Shown here: positions 39,262-52,282 of the stretch, in pieces | How the letters are laid out: each line of letters starts with the position of its first letter | Numbering within the stretch: the first letter of the stretch is position 1 | Source of the DNA: Mytilus californianus | Taxonomy: Eukaryota | DNA: 64,000 nt | NCBI RefSeq assembly: GCF_021869535.1 | Contig: NW_026262712.1 | Span: 52,886,001-52,950,000 of the forward strand | Direction of reading: 5' to 3' | Translations under genes and position numbers: made by a program | The notes under the pieces: generated by a model | Database searches by the model: none | What the model was told of the DNA's origin: nothing | What the model saw: the letters and a program-made list of their open reading frames with translations, nothing else

Positions 39262-42200
39262 TAGATGTTTTGATCGTCGTTGACCTCTGGAGATCACATA
39301 ATCCTGTCACTCACATTGAACATGGCAAAGGAAATGAAAGCAAGAAATAGTGGTTGTAATGAATTAAGCTGTGAACGAACAATTAGCAAAAGATATACTA
39401 CACGAAATAGAAATAGCTTATCAACAAATGAACAAAGTGTGCCATCAAAACAATCAGGTACAATACAAAAACATGTCCCATACACAACCACCTTTTAAAA
39501 GCTGCGTCACGTAAAATCGATGCATCAAATAGGGTATTAGATATAGAAACTGAGGTTAAGTTTAACAACATTATTCAGACATTTACTGCAGGGGCTTATG
39601 AACAATTTAAATCTGCTCTGAGTGGAAGCATCATTGTAGCAAAACTAAACACGACAACAACCACAAAACAAAACCGACAGGGTCTAATCGTTGAAGAGTC
39701 AATCTCAGTCGTCCAAGAGATCAGGAGAACAGTCACTTTAGAATTATGAAAAATGGAAATCGCAAACTTAGGTCAACCCAGAGACAACTAGAAGCGGTAG
39801 CCAGAAAACAAAAGTTTGAAAACATCATGACAGCTAGGGAAGATGACCAAAAACTCTTCTTTAAGTTGGTAAATGATCAACGAAGAACCGGTATGGAAAA
39901 AACATCGCAACTGAAATTTAAGAATGGTATCTATGACAACCCTGATTCAATAAGGAAAAGGTGGGCTGAGTATTTTGATGAACTAGCAATACATTCAAGC
40001 TCTTACAGCGAAGATGTTCTATACAACAACCAAATAGAGTTAGACTGTCTGTTATTTGAAGATACATATATCTCAAAGTTGCAAAATAGCGAAAAAATAT
40101 CTGCAACTGAAGTGCAGGTCGAAAAGGTTATTAGCACTTTAAAGAACGGAAAAACAGCCGATTGTGCAAACTTGCCAAGTGAACCTTTTAAGAATGGAGG
40201 TCAAATAATAATATCAGCAGGGACAAAACTAATCAATATGATCTTTAATGTATGTTCAATACCAGATTTATTCAAACTCAGTATAGCAACGCCAGTGTAT
40301 AAGCGTAAAGGGAAGCCACTGGATGACCCAAACTCATATAGGAAAATAACTGTATCCAGCATTCTAAATAAAATACTAGAAAAATATATTTAGAAAAGAA
40401 AGATGAAACACTCAAAAATGTACAGAGCCCACTACAACGGGGTTTCACTAGGGGTGTATCTGGACTTTATGCAGCTTTGATACTGAATGAATTAATTACA
40501 GAGGCGCAGGACCTGCACATGCCATTATATGTTGCCTTTCTTGACGCCCAGAAGGCATTTGACTTAGTTTGGAACAGTTCATTACTGCGAAAGCTACATC
40601 AAAGTAGTATTGAAAGTGACTCGTGGCTTATGTTCAAGGAATGGTATAAAGATTTAACCTCACGAATAAAATGGGAAAGTTAACTATCAAAAATCTTCTC
40701 TGAAAATCAAGGGGTACGACAAGATGGAGTAACCTCCCCTGCAGCATATAAATTTTTTATCAACCCAATGCTGGATCATATAGAGACTCAAAATTTAGGA
40801 AATTATATTGGGCCAATTTATTGTGGCACTCCAACAGTAGCAGATGATGTATGTCCGGTCTCGAACAACCCAGAGGATCTACAAGCAATGCTTGACATAC
40901 AAGGGGATTATGCAAATAAAGAACACTACTGTATACGTAAAACAAAATCATCTGTGTTTCAAATTGATGACAAACAATCCAGAAACATGAGAAATTTCAC
41001 TCTGAACTAGGAAGAGATTCCAACGTCACAATCTGCTGTTCATCTAGGTATTGAAAGAGATAACTCATCAAAGTTTGGCACAAAGAATGTTAGCAATTCA
41101 AGGATCAGTGCTGCAAGAAAGGCAACCTTTGCACTGATGGGAGCCGGCCTGCACGGTCTGAACGGACTAAACCCCACTTTATCTATCCATATTATCCGTA
41201 TATTTATAATACCAAGACTCATACCTGGACTTGAAGTAGTTAGATTAATGGTTAGTGATACAAAAGCACTGTCATTTTATTTTAAACAATTGTTAAAACG
41301 TATCCAACATCTACCAGAAAGAACAGCTGATTCAGCAACTTACCTTTTGTCTGGTCAGATGCCAATAGAAGCGGAAATTGATAAAAAAAACTTTAACTTT
41401 GTTCGGAAATATTATAAGAAACCCAAATACAGTGGAGTTTAAACTCGCACAGAGACAATTAGCTATCAAAGACAAAAGTTCCAAAGGCTGGTTTATCTGT
41501 GTTCAACAGCTATTGGAGAAATATAACCTACCTTCATCATCAGCACTGCTACAAGAACCACCAGGAAAATTCACATGGAAAACCTTAGTATCTAAATCTG
41601 TAAAATTATATTGGACAAACAAAATACATTCTGAAGCCCGTGAAAAATCGACTCTACAATATATAAACTTTGACCAATTAACTTTTGATAATCCACATCT
41701 AGTATGGAAAAGTGCAAAATTTGAATAGTTCTCAATCCAGAGGGCAGGTATCAAATGCACACTCATGTTAGACACTTATCTACTTCAAATCCATAAACAA
41801 AAATTTATAAGTATGAAGTAGACTCAACCTATTTATTATGTCATAATTGTGCTGAGGATAGGAAACCTTTTTTAATTCAATGTTTCGCTTTTGACAGTAT
41901 AAGAAGTCCATTCTTGAAACTATTACATGGAAAAACCACTAAAAGATGTGAAACTCACTGATGCAATCTTTGAACAGCCGGATGAGTAGTTGTCTTTGAT
42001 TCTTGATTGTACAGGATATAAAGTTATCCTCCATCTAGACATGAAGAATTTGAGGCAGTGAGCATAGGCCTGTGCTTTGCATTACACATTGAGAGGAGTA
42101 ATAGGATTAAGACTTTACAATAACTGTTGTCCTAGCAGAAGTGCGATATGGTGTCACAGGGTGACAGGAACATTAATTTTCAATGTATAGTGAGAGTATA

Positions 42201-42410
42201 CATAGGGTTACTGTGAGTGTACGGAGGATTATTGATCTCATTAGAGGGATTTTGAAACATTTTTCATTCTAGGATTTATAATTTTATTAATAACTATCTC
42301 CCTGGACGATTAGATGGTGTTTCGGCCCATAATTGAAGAACAGTAGTGGACGTATTACGTTGTAAACTCAACGGTTCTCCAAGATAGTGGAGGAATACTA
42401 CAAAAACAGA
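39262..42410 (+). mobile_element. Degraded non-LTR retrotransposon (LINE), 5'-truncated within the endonuclease
   Basis: TSGDHIILSL (APE C-terminal SDH-like motif), YRKITVSSILNKILEK, AFLDAQKAFDLVW, GVRQDG, PTVADD, and a C-terminal Cys motif near 41840. Many stops and frameshifts; ends approximate. Confidence 0.8.
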
Positions 42411-42479
42411 ACAGATAAGAGAGTACAACATACAGATACATCTAATTTAATACACAATACAATATAAGACCAATACATA

Positions 42480-45400
42480 AATATATATTTATTAAAGATA
42501 AAAGGCATGAATTTGACAGATACAATATATATATTACAATGACACAGATATAGCACTAGACATAGTTCATAGACACTAAAATGATTTACATGTTTACTAA
42601 ATATTTTAATTTAAAAAAAAATTATGAAAATGTTCATGATATTTTAATAATATGAATAGATTAGATTAAATAATGAGTGAAATTCAAATTGACTAGATTT
42701 TCACTGTAGCCTAATATCTTAGGATGACCCACAAAAGTTATCAAAACTTATTTCCAGTGTGGTCCTTTTATGACGAGACTTCTAGTTTACACAAAGGGTT
42801 GACACATAGAAATACAAACACAAATCATTTAGAATTTATCACAGATAAATGGTCAAAGTCCCAGTATAATTAATAAAAAACAAAATTCACTATTAAAGAT
42901 GGATTTGAATTTATCCATCAAAAATTTTTCACTTGTACTTTAAAATTATATTTTTGGAGCAACTTTTAATCATGTCTGGTAACGAATTCCAGTCGTTTAT
43001 CCCATTATAAAAGAAAGTGATGGATTCACACCCTTTAATTCCTGGTATATAATAGTTTTTACTACTAGATCTTGTATTGAAAGATGTTTCATTTCTAACA
43101 AAATTAGTATGAAAATAATTTGGGCATATATTGTTAAAAATGTTGAAAACATGATTGAGTCTTAGTTGTTTGACTCTATTACTAATATCAAAAAGCCCAA
43201 TTTCTTAAATTAAAAATATGTCACACTATTTCTGGGATGTAATTGCAGAATAAATCTCACAATCTTATTTTGTGCCACTCGAAGTTTATTCTTCATTTGG
43301 TTTTGATAAACCTTCGTACCAGCATGCACATGCATAGTCAAAATGACATGGAATCAGAGAAGAGAACAATGTTTTCCTAGATTGAAAATTTAGACACTTA
43401 TTTTTCTTATATAAAAATTTAAGCCTTTGATTGACTTTTTTCACTTTAGAGTTGACAATAAAATCACCAGTTAGAAACTGATCAATTATTATTCCCAAAT
43501 ATTTTACAAAAGTTTTGGATTCAATATTAATACCATAACAGAAGATAGCAAAATCACCCGATATTAAAGACCGAAGTTTTCGACCAGGACCAAAAATTAT
43601 ACTCTCCGTCTTTCCCAAATGTAGGGACAATTTGTTGTCAGTTACCCAATCATAGCATGATTCCAGCATTCTGGATAATTTATGCTAGATGACCCCAGTG
43701 TCTATATGGGGAAATTTCAGTATCATCTGCATATATCAAAACTTTACAATCTGAGTCGATGCCAGTTTCAACATCATTGACATAGATTAAAAACAATAGT
43801 GGACCCAGTAGCTACCTTGAGGGACACCACATGTAATATTACATACTTCTGAAATCACCCCATTTACACTTACAACCTGTTTTCTGTTTGTCAAATATGA
43901 CTCAAACCAAGGTATAGATCTAACCCCAATCACTTCTAATTTTTCACATAATATCTTGTGATCTACTGTGTCAAATGCCTTCTGAAGGTCTACTAGGACC
44001 ATGCCTGTAAAAAGACCTTTGGCTGTTTGAGTTTTAATGTGATCTATCAAGTGAATGAGACAAGAATCAGTTGAATATGAACTTCTAAATCCTGATTGAA
44101 ATTCAAATAATAAATTATTTGAAATCAAAAATTTTACAAGTTGCTTATAGGCAGCTTTTTCTAGAATTTTAGAAACAATACTTAAAATGCTAACAGGCCT
44201 GCAATTTTCATGCTTAAGTTCGTCATTTTTCTTAAATAGGGGCTTGACCATAGCAATTTTCAGATCGTCAGGTACCGTACCTTCAGATAGATAAATTTAT
44301 CAAGAAAGTAATGGGTATTTTCAGAATTGGGGCTGCATCCTTAAGAAACCTTGCTGGAATACCATCTAGGCCTATGCTCTTACTTATATCTAAACATAGT
44401 TCTTTATACACAAATTCCTCTGTTACATGCTTTAGGTTAAAAAAATATCTAATTTCCTTCTCTGAACATAAAAGGATCTAACAATATTTGTAGTGGCACT
44501 ATATAAACCCTTTGCAGTTGGTAGTTTTTCTACCTGTTTTGCAGCTATAGTTGTAAAAAATATGTTAAAATTATTTGATATTTTTTTGTTATCGTGACAG
44601 TTTTGCCCATCAATATTTAATACTATTTAGGATATGATTTAGGATCTTTTCGATATCCTAAATTTTTAAAACTTTTCCAAAGTTGTTTTGAATTATTTCT
44701 ATTTTCTTTAATTTCACTCCTGTAATAATCAGATTTTGCAGTTTTGCGTGATCTTTGAACATGATTTCTAAGTAGCTAAACTTTTTGAAGTCTTCAGGAT
44801 TTTTAGAAATCTTAAAAGTCAGATAAAAATGTGTCTCTCTGCTAAATATATATCAAAATTTCAGCTGACATCCATGGTTCTGTTCTTTGTTTAATACAAA
44901 CTTCTTTAAGAGGGGCAACGCTGTCAAGAATATCCATAAAAATTTCTTTAAAAAATGACCAGGCCTCATTTATGTCTGAGGCACTGCAACACCTTTCCCA
45001 TTTTGCTTTAGTAAGCTTAGCTATAAATTCCTCTTCATTATAAGATTTCACAGATCTAACTTTAACTTTACTGTGCTTATTATATACAGAATTTGCTTTT
45101 TTTTCTAGTACAATATACCATACAATGATCACTAAAACCAATATTTAGTACACCAGACTGAGAGATTTTCTCAGTATTATTACATAAAATATGATCTATA
45201 ATAATATATTACAGATGCTGTAAATTCTGTAATTCTTGTTGGCTCTTTAATAATTTGACTTAAATTAAACAATTTTAAAAGCTCATTAAAAGATTTATAC
45301 AGTGATCCACTCTGATCTTTAAAACATATGTTCAAATCACCAAGTAATATAATTTCACAATCCTCTCTTAGCTGAGACAAAACTTTTTCAAATTTCTCAA

Positions 45401-45925
45401 CAAAATTACAATTTTGAGGGGGTCGATAACAAGTCCCGACAAAAATAGGTTTAGATTTTGGTAATAATAATTCAATACACAAAAATTCATCATTATTGTT
45501 TATTTCGTCCAAATTCATTGGTGTAAACGCAAGATTTTTTTTTAATGTACATACACACACAACCTCCACATCTGTTACGGTCTTTTCTGATAATAGTGTA
45601 TCCAGGGATGTTAGCCTCTGTATTGGTTATCGTTTCATCAAACCAGGTCTCGGTTACAGATATCACTGCTGCGTTTTTTTAAAACGCAATAGTCTGTAGC
45701 TCAGGATTTTTTGTAAGTAACGAGCGGGCATTCAGGTGAATAAAGTGCATTCCCTTCTGGAAACATTTAAAGACTTCATCAGAATGTATATTGTCATTTT
45801 TTGGAGCTTCGTATTTAACTGCACACCTACACATATTACTGTCATTACACTTTGAACAATGGATGAAGCGATTCCTAAATGCGTCGGACTAATACATGCT
45901 ATAAAAACAACAGAAACTGTCAATT
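42480..45925 (-). mobile_element. Degraded CR1/L2-group LINE with near-complete ORF2 (APE + RT)
   Basis: By frame-hopping: HLNARS..VISVTETW (~45650-45750), VGTCYRPP, LLGDLNI, CRPVSILSIVSKILEK, FQSGFR, VDLQKAFDTVDH, GVPQGS, KLSLHLGKT, KYLG. Minus-strand AATAAA at ~42488-42493. Confidence 0.85.
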
Positions 45926-46575
45926 AAACAAAAATTTTAAAAATGTATCCAATATTGTAAATATCAAATAAAAGTTTTCAAGTTTTATTTTAATACATAT
46001 TTCTAGTCCCATCGTACATTGAAGTGCATTGAATAAATGACGACGTAACAATAACGCAATGTAACCGTAGACACATATATTATTGTTACATTCGTAATTA
46101 ATCGACTCCTTACCCAACCCTGTATTCCGGCAATTATTCTCCAATGTAACAATAATTATTTTATTATTGTTACATTTCCATGTAACCGCAGTCAGTGCTT
46201 TTTTTAAATTTTCGTAAGTTGTTTTGCATCAGATAATTTTCAACTGATAAGTCATTAATTTTCAAATGTGCTATGTTCGTACTGGCATATTGTCCTAGAT
46301 CTTCAGCTTTAACAAGTACTTGCCCATAGTAATGGTATAAAAAGGAGAGAAAAATTTAGCCATGGCATCTTGGCTTAACCGGAAGTTGCGATTCTTTGTT
46401 TCTTTGTTCATTGCAGATCTATGAAATCTATTAAATTCATTCACAAAGGCCTTGGAGATTATCTTCTTGTAATGACGGGCAATGAATAGCTACTGGGTGA
46501 CTAAAAAAAAATGTTATATGATCGATATGGTATTTATATATATATTGTTTCCTTGATGACATTAGCCGATTGATT

Positions 46576-46752
46576 TGTAACCGGAGAGCATGATTCTACT
46601 TGCAAAATCGTATGTCTCCACCGGGACTCGAACCCGGGACCTCTGTGTTACAAGGCAGCGCGTATACCGACTGAGCTAAAGAAGTACTTCCTTAGCTCAA
46701 CCGCTTACGGCTGAGTAAGTATCTACTAATGAAGGGAAGCAATCCCGTCACA
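46576..46752. mobile_element. 177-bp TGT..ACA element carrying a tRNA-like Pol III cassette
   Basis: Termini TGTAACCGGAGAGC and (reverse complement) TGTGACGGGATTGC, with GATT on both sides. Absent from the paralogous site at ~90-113. Confidence 0.7.
46614..46684 (-). pseudogene. tRNA-Thr(TGT)-like sequence (pseudogene or SINE head)
   Basis: Minus strand reads TTCTTTAGCTCAGTCGGTATACGCGCTGCCTTGTAACACAGAGGTCCCGGGTTCGAGTCCCGGTGGAGAC. A-box (46667-46678) and B-box (46624-46634) intact, T-arm perfect, D- and anticodon stems mispaired, TTTT just downstream. Confidence 0.7.
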
Positions 46753-46808
<56 letters not shown>

Positions 46809-46820
46809 GATTGATTGATT
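46753..46820. repeat. (GATT)n microsatellite, paralogous to 113-165
   Basis: Direct reading; flanks on both sides resemble 1-110 and 166-480. Confidence 0.95.
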
Positions 46821-47629
46821 TGCATATGCATATTCAAACGGTACCAGATAAGGTACAAATTAACATTTATGTGCTCCCACTCCCAGGAGGAAAATACAGA
46901 TATAAAGAAGAAGAAGCTACCATTAGAGGAAATTACTTACAAGTCTTTCCCCAGATTTTATATGTCCCTTTTTATAGAGGAAATATCTGGTACACTGACC
47001 AAGAATGCCTGAACGTCCATGGTAAATGCCGGCATGTCAGCAGGTAACAGCCCAGAAAGTAGATATCCAATGACAATGTCGAATGACTGGACAAAGATAG
47101 TGGTCACTAGTTTTTTATAAGCGTATTTTTTAAAACTTTGTCATAGATCTTAGTCCTATACTCAGTATAGCCTATAGTATAACAAATGACTTCGCATTCT
47201 TATTCAATTTTTTACATTTTTATACTGATATTTTCTTTTTTTCTTTATTTTTTTAATGCGAACATGTCTAGAGCATAAAGACATGATAAAAAAAGTAATG
47301 CTAGAATATATAAATAAAAAAAACTTTCCCCCTTTATGTTCACCTGACCCTTATAAAACTCAATTGAATTATAAGACTTAATACTGAAAACAAAAAAGGA
47401 AACTAAGAAAAAATTAAACACGTATACTTACAAAAAACTTCGATGTTCTAATTAAGTACTATAATGAAATGTATAGGTATGCACCAAACATCACCCTGAC
47501 TCTCTATGATCATGTCTACATATCTAAACAACTACTACAAAAAATTTCCATGGACCCCCTCCTACCCCACTGTAGGTGGTTGGATTGGGCATTAAGTTTT
47601 ACCCTACAATGTCTGTCTATACATATGTA

Positions 47630-48020
47630 CATAAGTCTGTACATCCCGAAATTAGTTTCTGTTCTCTAACTTTAGTTTGCCTCGAACGATTGTTATGAAA
47701 CTTATACACAATGCTTATTACCACAAAACACAGATCAAGTTTGAATTTTGGTAGCTTCACTTTTACTGTTCTTGAGTAACACCCCTTTACAAATGGAAAA
47801 ATTGCTGAATTTTTCGTTTCTGTTCTCTAAAGTTTGCCTCAATCAAATGTTATGAAACTTATAAATACACGTTATACACAATGCATGCTTATTACCACAA
47901 AACTCAGATCGAGAAGAATTTGGGTAACGTCACTTATACAGTTCTTGACTCATGTCCCTTTATAACTTTTTATGCAAGCGGGGGCATCATCTGTGTCCAA
48001 TGAACACACCCTCATTTATT
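47630..48020 (+). mobile_element. Partial Helentron-type element, same family as 61195-61900
   Basis: Shared unit gaaacttatacacaatgcttattaccacaaaacacagatcaag; 3' gcaagcgggggcatc. Confidence 0.6.
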
Positions 48021-48514
48021 TTAGATAACAGTAAGCATGGTACATGTAAGTACTTCGATTTTCCCAACCATCAGAAAAATTCATTTTGGATCATCAACAT
48101 GGTAAAATTTTGATTTTTAAATCGAATACTTCCCGCATTTGCAGGTAAACTTTATAAACATTATCATGTTTTTTTGTTAAGACTCGTTTGACATTGTTAG
48201 ACATGTTAGAGCTTATAATACTGTAAATTCAGAAACTATTTCATGCATTTGAACAATGATGGGGGGGGGGGGGGGGGGAACTAGAAAGTTAACATGTGGA
48301 TTGATACTTGTAAAAAGTCTATGTGTCTATGCAGTTATCATGTTTATCATTTATGTAACTCCATAAGGAGAGGAAGCGTGTGCCCCCTTTCCCCCCCCTC
48401 CCCCATTTTCCCAATGCTTGTTCATTAAAAAAAAACCTCAAAATCGATCTATATCATGTTTATGTTGTCTGACAATCAATACAAGATTACAGAAAAAAAA
48501 ATGATATTGTCTTC

Positions 48515-49185
48515 ATCTGACTCTCTAAAGGGAGACATAGCGATCCTAGATTCAGTTGTTGATGGCGGCGTAGTTGGCGTCAACATTTAGGTTCAGTCTG
48601 TGGTAAAACTTGTTAAAGTTTTTTTGGACATCAATAAATCTATCAAACATACATGGAATTTATGAAATTGGGACAGAAACTTATTTATGACCAAAAAACA
48701 GTATCCAGGGCAAAATTTTGAAATATTATTTTCTTTTTTCCCTATTTTATTAATAAATGGACTTTATTTGTTTGTAACACATCAATTACTTTGTCAAACC
48801 TTCATAGGGTTTTATGAAACCTTGGCAGTAGTAATCTTAATGATTAAGACATGTAAGAGATATTGTCTGAAGCAAAACTGTGAAAATATATTTTTTCATT
48901 TTTGGTATTTTTCTGATGGATGTATTTCATTTTTTACAGTTTAAATGTAAACACAGTCTGGGATAAAAAAAAAGATTTACATGATAAAATTGTGAACCTT
49001 CATGGATTGTTATGAAATTTGTACAGAAGCTCATTTTCAAGACCAAAAAATAGCATTTAAAGAATTTTTTTTCTTTTAAAGTCTATTTTACTGATAAATG
49101 GACTCACTTTTTAAGTCAACATAACACTTTGACACTGACAGCAGCAATCACAGGTGAGACCCAGGTTCTGTGGAACCCCTTATGA
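48515..49185 (+). mobile_element. Helentron-type element, uninterrupted homolog of 16490-17915
   Basis: Collinear similarity (tcaaac..catggaattt..gaccaaaa..cagtatccagggcaaaat); 3' ggttctgtggaacc hairpin. Confidence 0.6.
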
Positions 49186-51009
49186 AGTTTTTATAAGCTG
49201 TCAAATTCATGATCATTGATTTGACTTAAATTCTAATATTCGACTTATAAATACAATAACTGTCATATTAAAACGTATATATCCGAATTACAAAAACTCA
49301 AAAAAAAAAAATTAACAGTGTATAGACTTGTTATAATGTATCAACATTCAGATGTGCATCCAGGATTTTGAAAAAGTTCTAAATTAACCATAAATTTAGC
49401 TCCATAGACCACCCCCCCCCCTCTCCCCCTCCAAAAAAAACCAAAAAACTCTGGCATTTTGTGAATATTTTAGACATATTTGAGATAACCCAATCAGTAA
49501 AATCAAAATATATTACAAGTGAAAATAGTTTATATAAACAATTAAAAAGAAAATCAAAATGATAAACTACATGTACGTAGGGGGAATTTATCCAAGACAC
49601 TCCCACTCAGGGGCACCCAAAGGTAATCATGTTCACACTTACCTTCATGGAATCTAGAATCTACAATAAATAATAATCAGCTGGCTTTCTGTTTGTAGTT
49701 TTATCACTACTCTATTAATAATGTTTTGATTAGTAATTACATTAAAAACTGAGGAACTTATATCAATTACAAATTATAACTGATAACAAGTTTGTTGTTT
49801 CAACAATTAATTTTTTTTTTTTTTAAAAGTCATTTACTTGCAAAACATAATCTGTTAATTTTGGGTGCCGAATTAACCAGGAACCCCCTTTTAAAATGGC
49901 TAAAAAAAGTCAGGATAAACTAATAGCTGACTGTGCGGTATGGGCTTTGCTCATATTTGAAAGCTGTACAGTGACCTATAGTTGTTAATTTCTGTGTCCT
50001 TTGGTCTCTTGTGGAGAGTTGTCTCTTTGGCAATCATACCACATCTCCTTTTTTATAATAAAAAGAATGGCAGGACCAAATTGAGTGAAAAATAAAAAGG
50101 AAGGACAGAGATTACAACTAAAAAAAAAAAATTTAGGACAACAATTTTCATCTGAGCCCTCCCCCCTTAAAACCCAAATTGTAGTCCCCTATTTTATTTT
50201 TCACTTCCCTTTTTTCGTGATAATCAAACAGTTGATAAAAAGGCAATATTAAAATATATATTCTTGCAGGGGAAAGTCTAGCTGCAGAACTCATGGAACT
50301 GTAGTTCCGTAAATAGTCAAAAAATATTATAAGGACCTAAGCTACTGTTCGGCAGCTAGGGAAAGTCCTGCTTCTTCCACGGAAACTTTTTAAAAGTCAA
50401 GCAGAAATTAAGCTGTAAATTGAACTGGTCTAGTTCAAAGCTCTGAAACTTCAATTTTACAGAAACAAAGAGAAGTTTATGTATAATTATCTTACTTTTA
50501 TTTAATATACAAATGATTCTCAATTTCTGAATTAATAGAATTAAAAGTTCATGAATTATTCATGATTCACAATATATGATCAGGCCATTGAAAATAGAAT
50601 GCTGATTTTCCCTATTCACAAAGGAAAATTTCAAAGGGTAATTTTTTTTAAAAGTCATATGAAAGGATAGTCCAAATAATTATGACGTCTTTCAAGGCAA
50701 CTAAATTTTTTTTTCTGTGACGCCTCCCTACGACGTCATAACGTGATTACACTTAAGCCATTTTTTCTGTTTGGACTTTGAGAGAGAGTTTTGGGGGGAA
50801 CTTTGAGACCCAATTTTGGCATGAAATCTTCATTGCCGGCTAGAAAATTTTGCATAGTTACAAAGTCTTACCTTACCTTTTTTGTGCTTATTGATGCAAA
50901 ATATTTCCAGAAATATCCAAAAGAAATGATAAAATAAGATACGATTCCATTTGAGGTGAACAAATATTTACTTTTATTCAGTTCTGCCAAATTTTACCAA
51001 GTTTGATAT

Positions 51010-51995
51010 TTTTGTCTCGCCTTGACGAAGTCAAAAAGCGAGACATAGGTATGCTGTTTCCTGTGTCGGTGGCGGTGGCGGCGTCAACAATGTATTAGTT
51101 TGCGATTAGGTCTAGTTTATGGTGCCCCACTAGTGGTAGATCAATGATATTTGATATGCAGTTGTATAAGCATTGGCACATCTCATTACCATGGAGATTA
51201 TTTGGCCCCACCCCTCAGTTATGGGCTATTGGCTTTGAAACTTTGCTTAGTTTACATGTATTAGTTTATGATTAGGTCAGTTTATGGGGAACCACTAATG
51301 CTAAGATAATGATAATTGGTATGCTGTTGTATAAGCGTTGGCATATCTCATTTCCATGGAGGTTATTTGGCCCCGCCCCCTCAGTCATGGTATATTGACT
51401 TTGAAACTTTTGCTTAGTTTTCATGTATTAGTTTGTGATTAGGTCAGTTTATGGGGAACCACTAGTGGTAGGTCTATGTTATTTGGTATGCAGTTGTATC
51501 AGCATTGGCATATCTCATTACCATGGAGATTATTTGGCCCCGCCCCCTCAGTTATGGTTTATTGACTTTGAAACTTTTGCTTAGTTTCCATGTATTAGTT
51601 TGTGATTAGGTCAGTTTATGGGGAACCACTAGTGGTAGGTCAATGATATTTGGTATGCAGATGTATTAGCATTGGCACATCTCATTACCATAGAGATTAT
51701 GTGCCCCCTCCCCCTCAGTTATAGTCTATTGACTTTGATAATTTTGTTTAGTTTACATGTATAATATTACTTAGTGTTTAGGTTTGTTAAAGGGAACTAC
51801 TTATGATAAGACATAGTTTTTGGTATGCAGTTGTATTAGCATTGGCACATCTCATTTCCATGGAGATTGTTTAGCCATGTACCTTCAGTCATGGTTCATT
51901 GACATTGAATACTTGCAAAACTTACATGTTAAAGTGTTGTTATTTTAATTTCAACATTTGCATTATAGAAATTATAAAAAGGCGAGACATATCTC
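51010..51995 (+). mobile_element. Helentron-type element with about five 167-bp internal tandem repeats
   Basis: tttgtctcgcc..gcgagaca 5' stem-loop, GGC microsatellite, unit starts at 51094, 51260, 51427, 51594 and 51761, 3' aaggcgagaca. Confidence 0.75.
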
Positions 51996-52282
51996 TGTGT
52001 TAACAGTTTATATACCTATGATGTCTGTTTGTTTTGTTCACACATCATTGTCAATATAATGAAATTTGATGCGACTGTCATACTAGTGAAAGGTTTAGCT
52101 AGCTATAAAACCAGGTTTATATAATCAACAATTTTCTACATAAGAACATTCCTGTACCAAGTCAGGAATATGATAGTTGTTATCCATTCGTTTGATGTGT
52201 TCGAGCTTTTGATATTGCCATTTGATTAGGGACTTTCCTTTTTGAAATTTCCTCAAAGTTCTGTTTTTCTGTGATTTTACTT

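Noticed and set aside
46614-46684. Functional tRNA-Thr gene
   Set aside because: D-stem and anticodon stem are mispaired and it sits within an inserted repeat; kept as tRNA-like only.
48025-48045. Possible 21-nt phase-1 micro-exon (ttttAG|ataacagtaagcatggtacat|GTAAGT)
   Set aside because: Splice signals are plausible, but no neighbouring exons could be linked; such matches arise by chance in AT-rich DNA.
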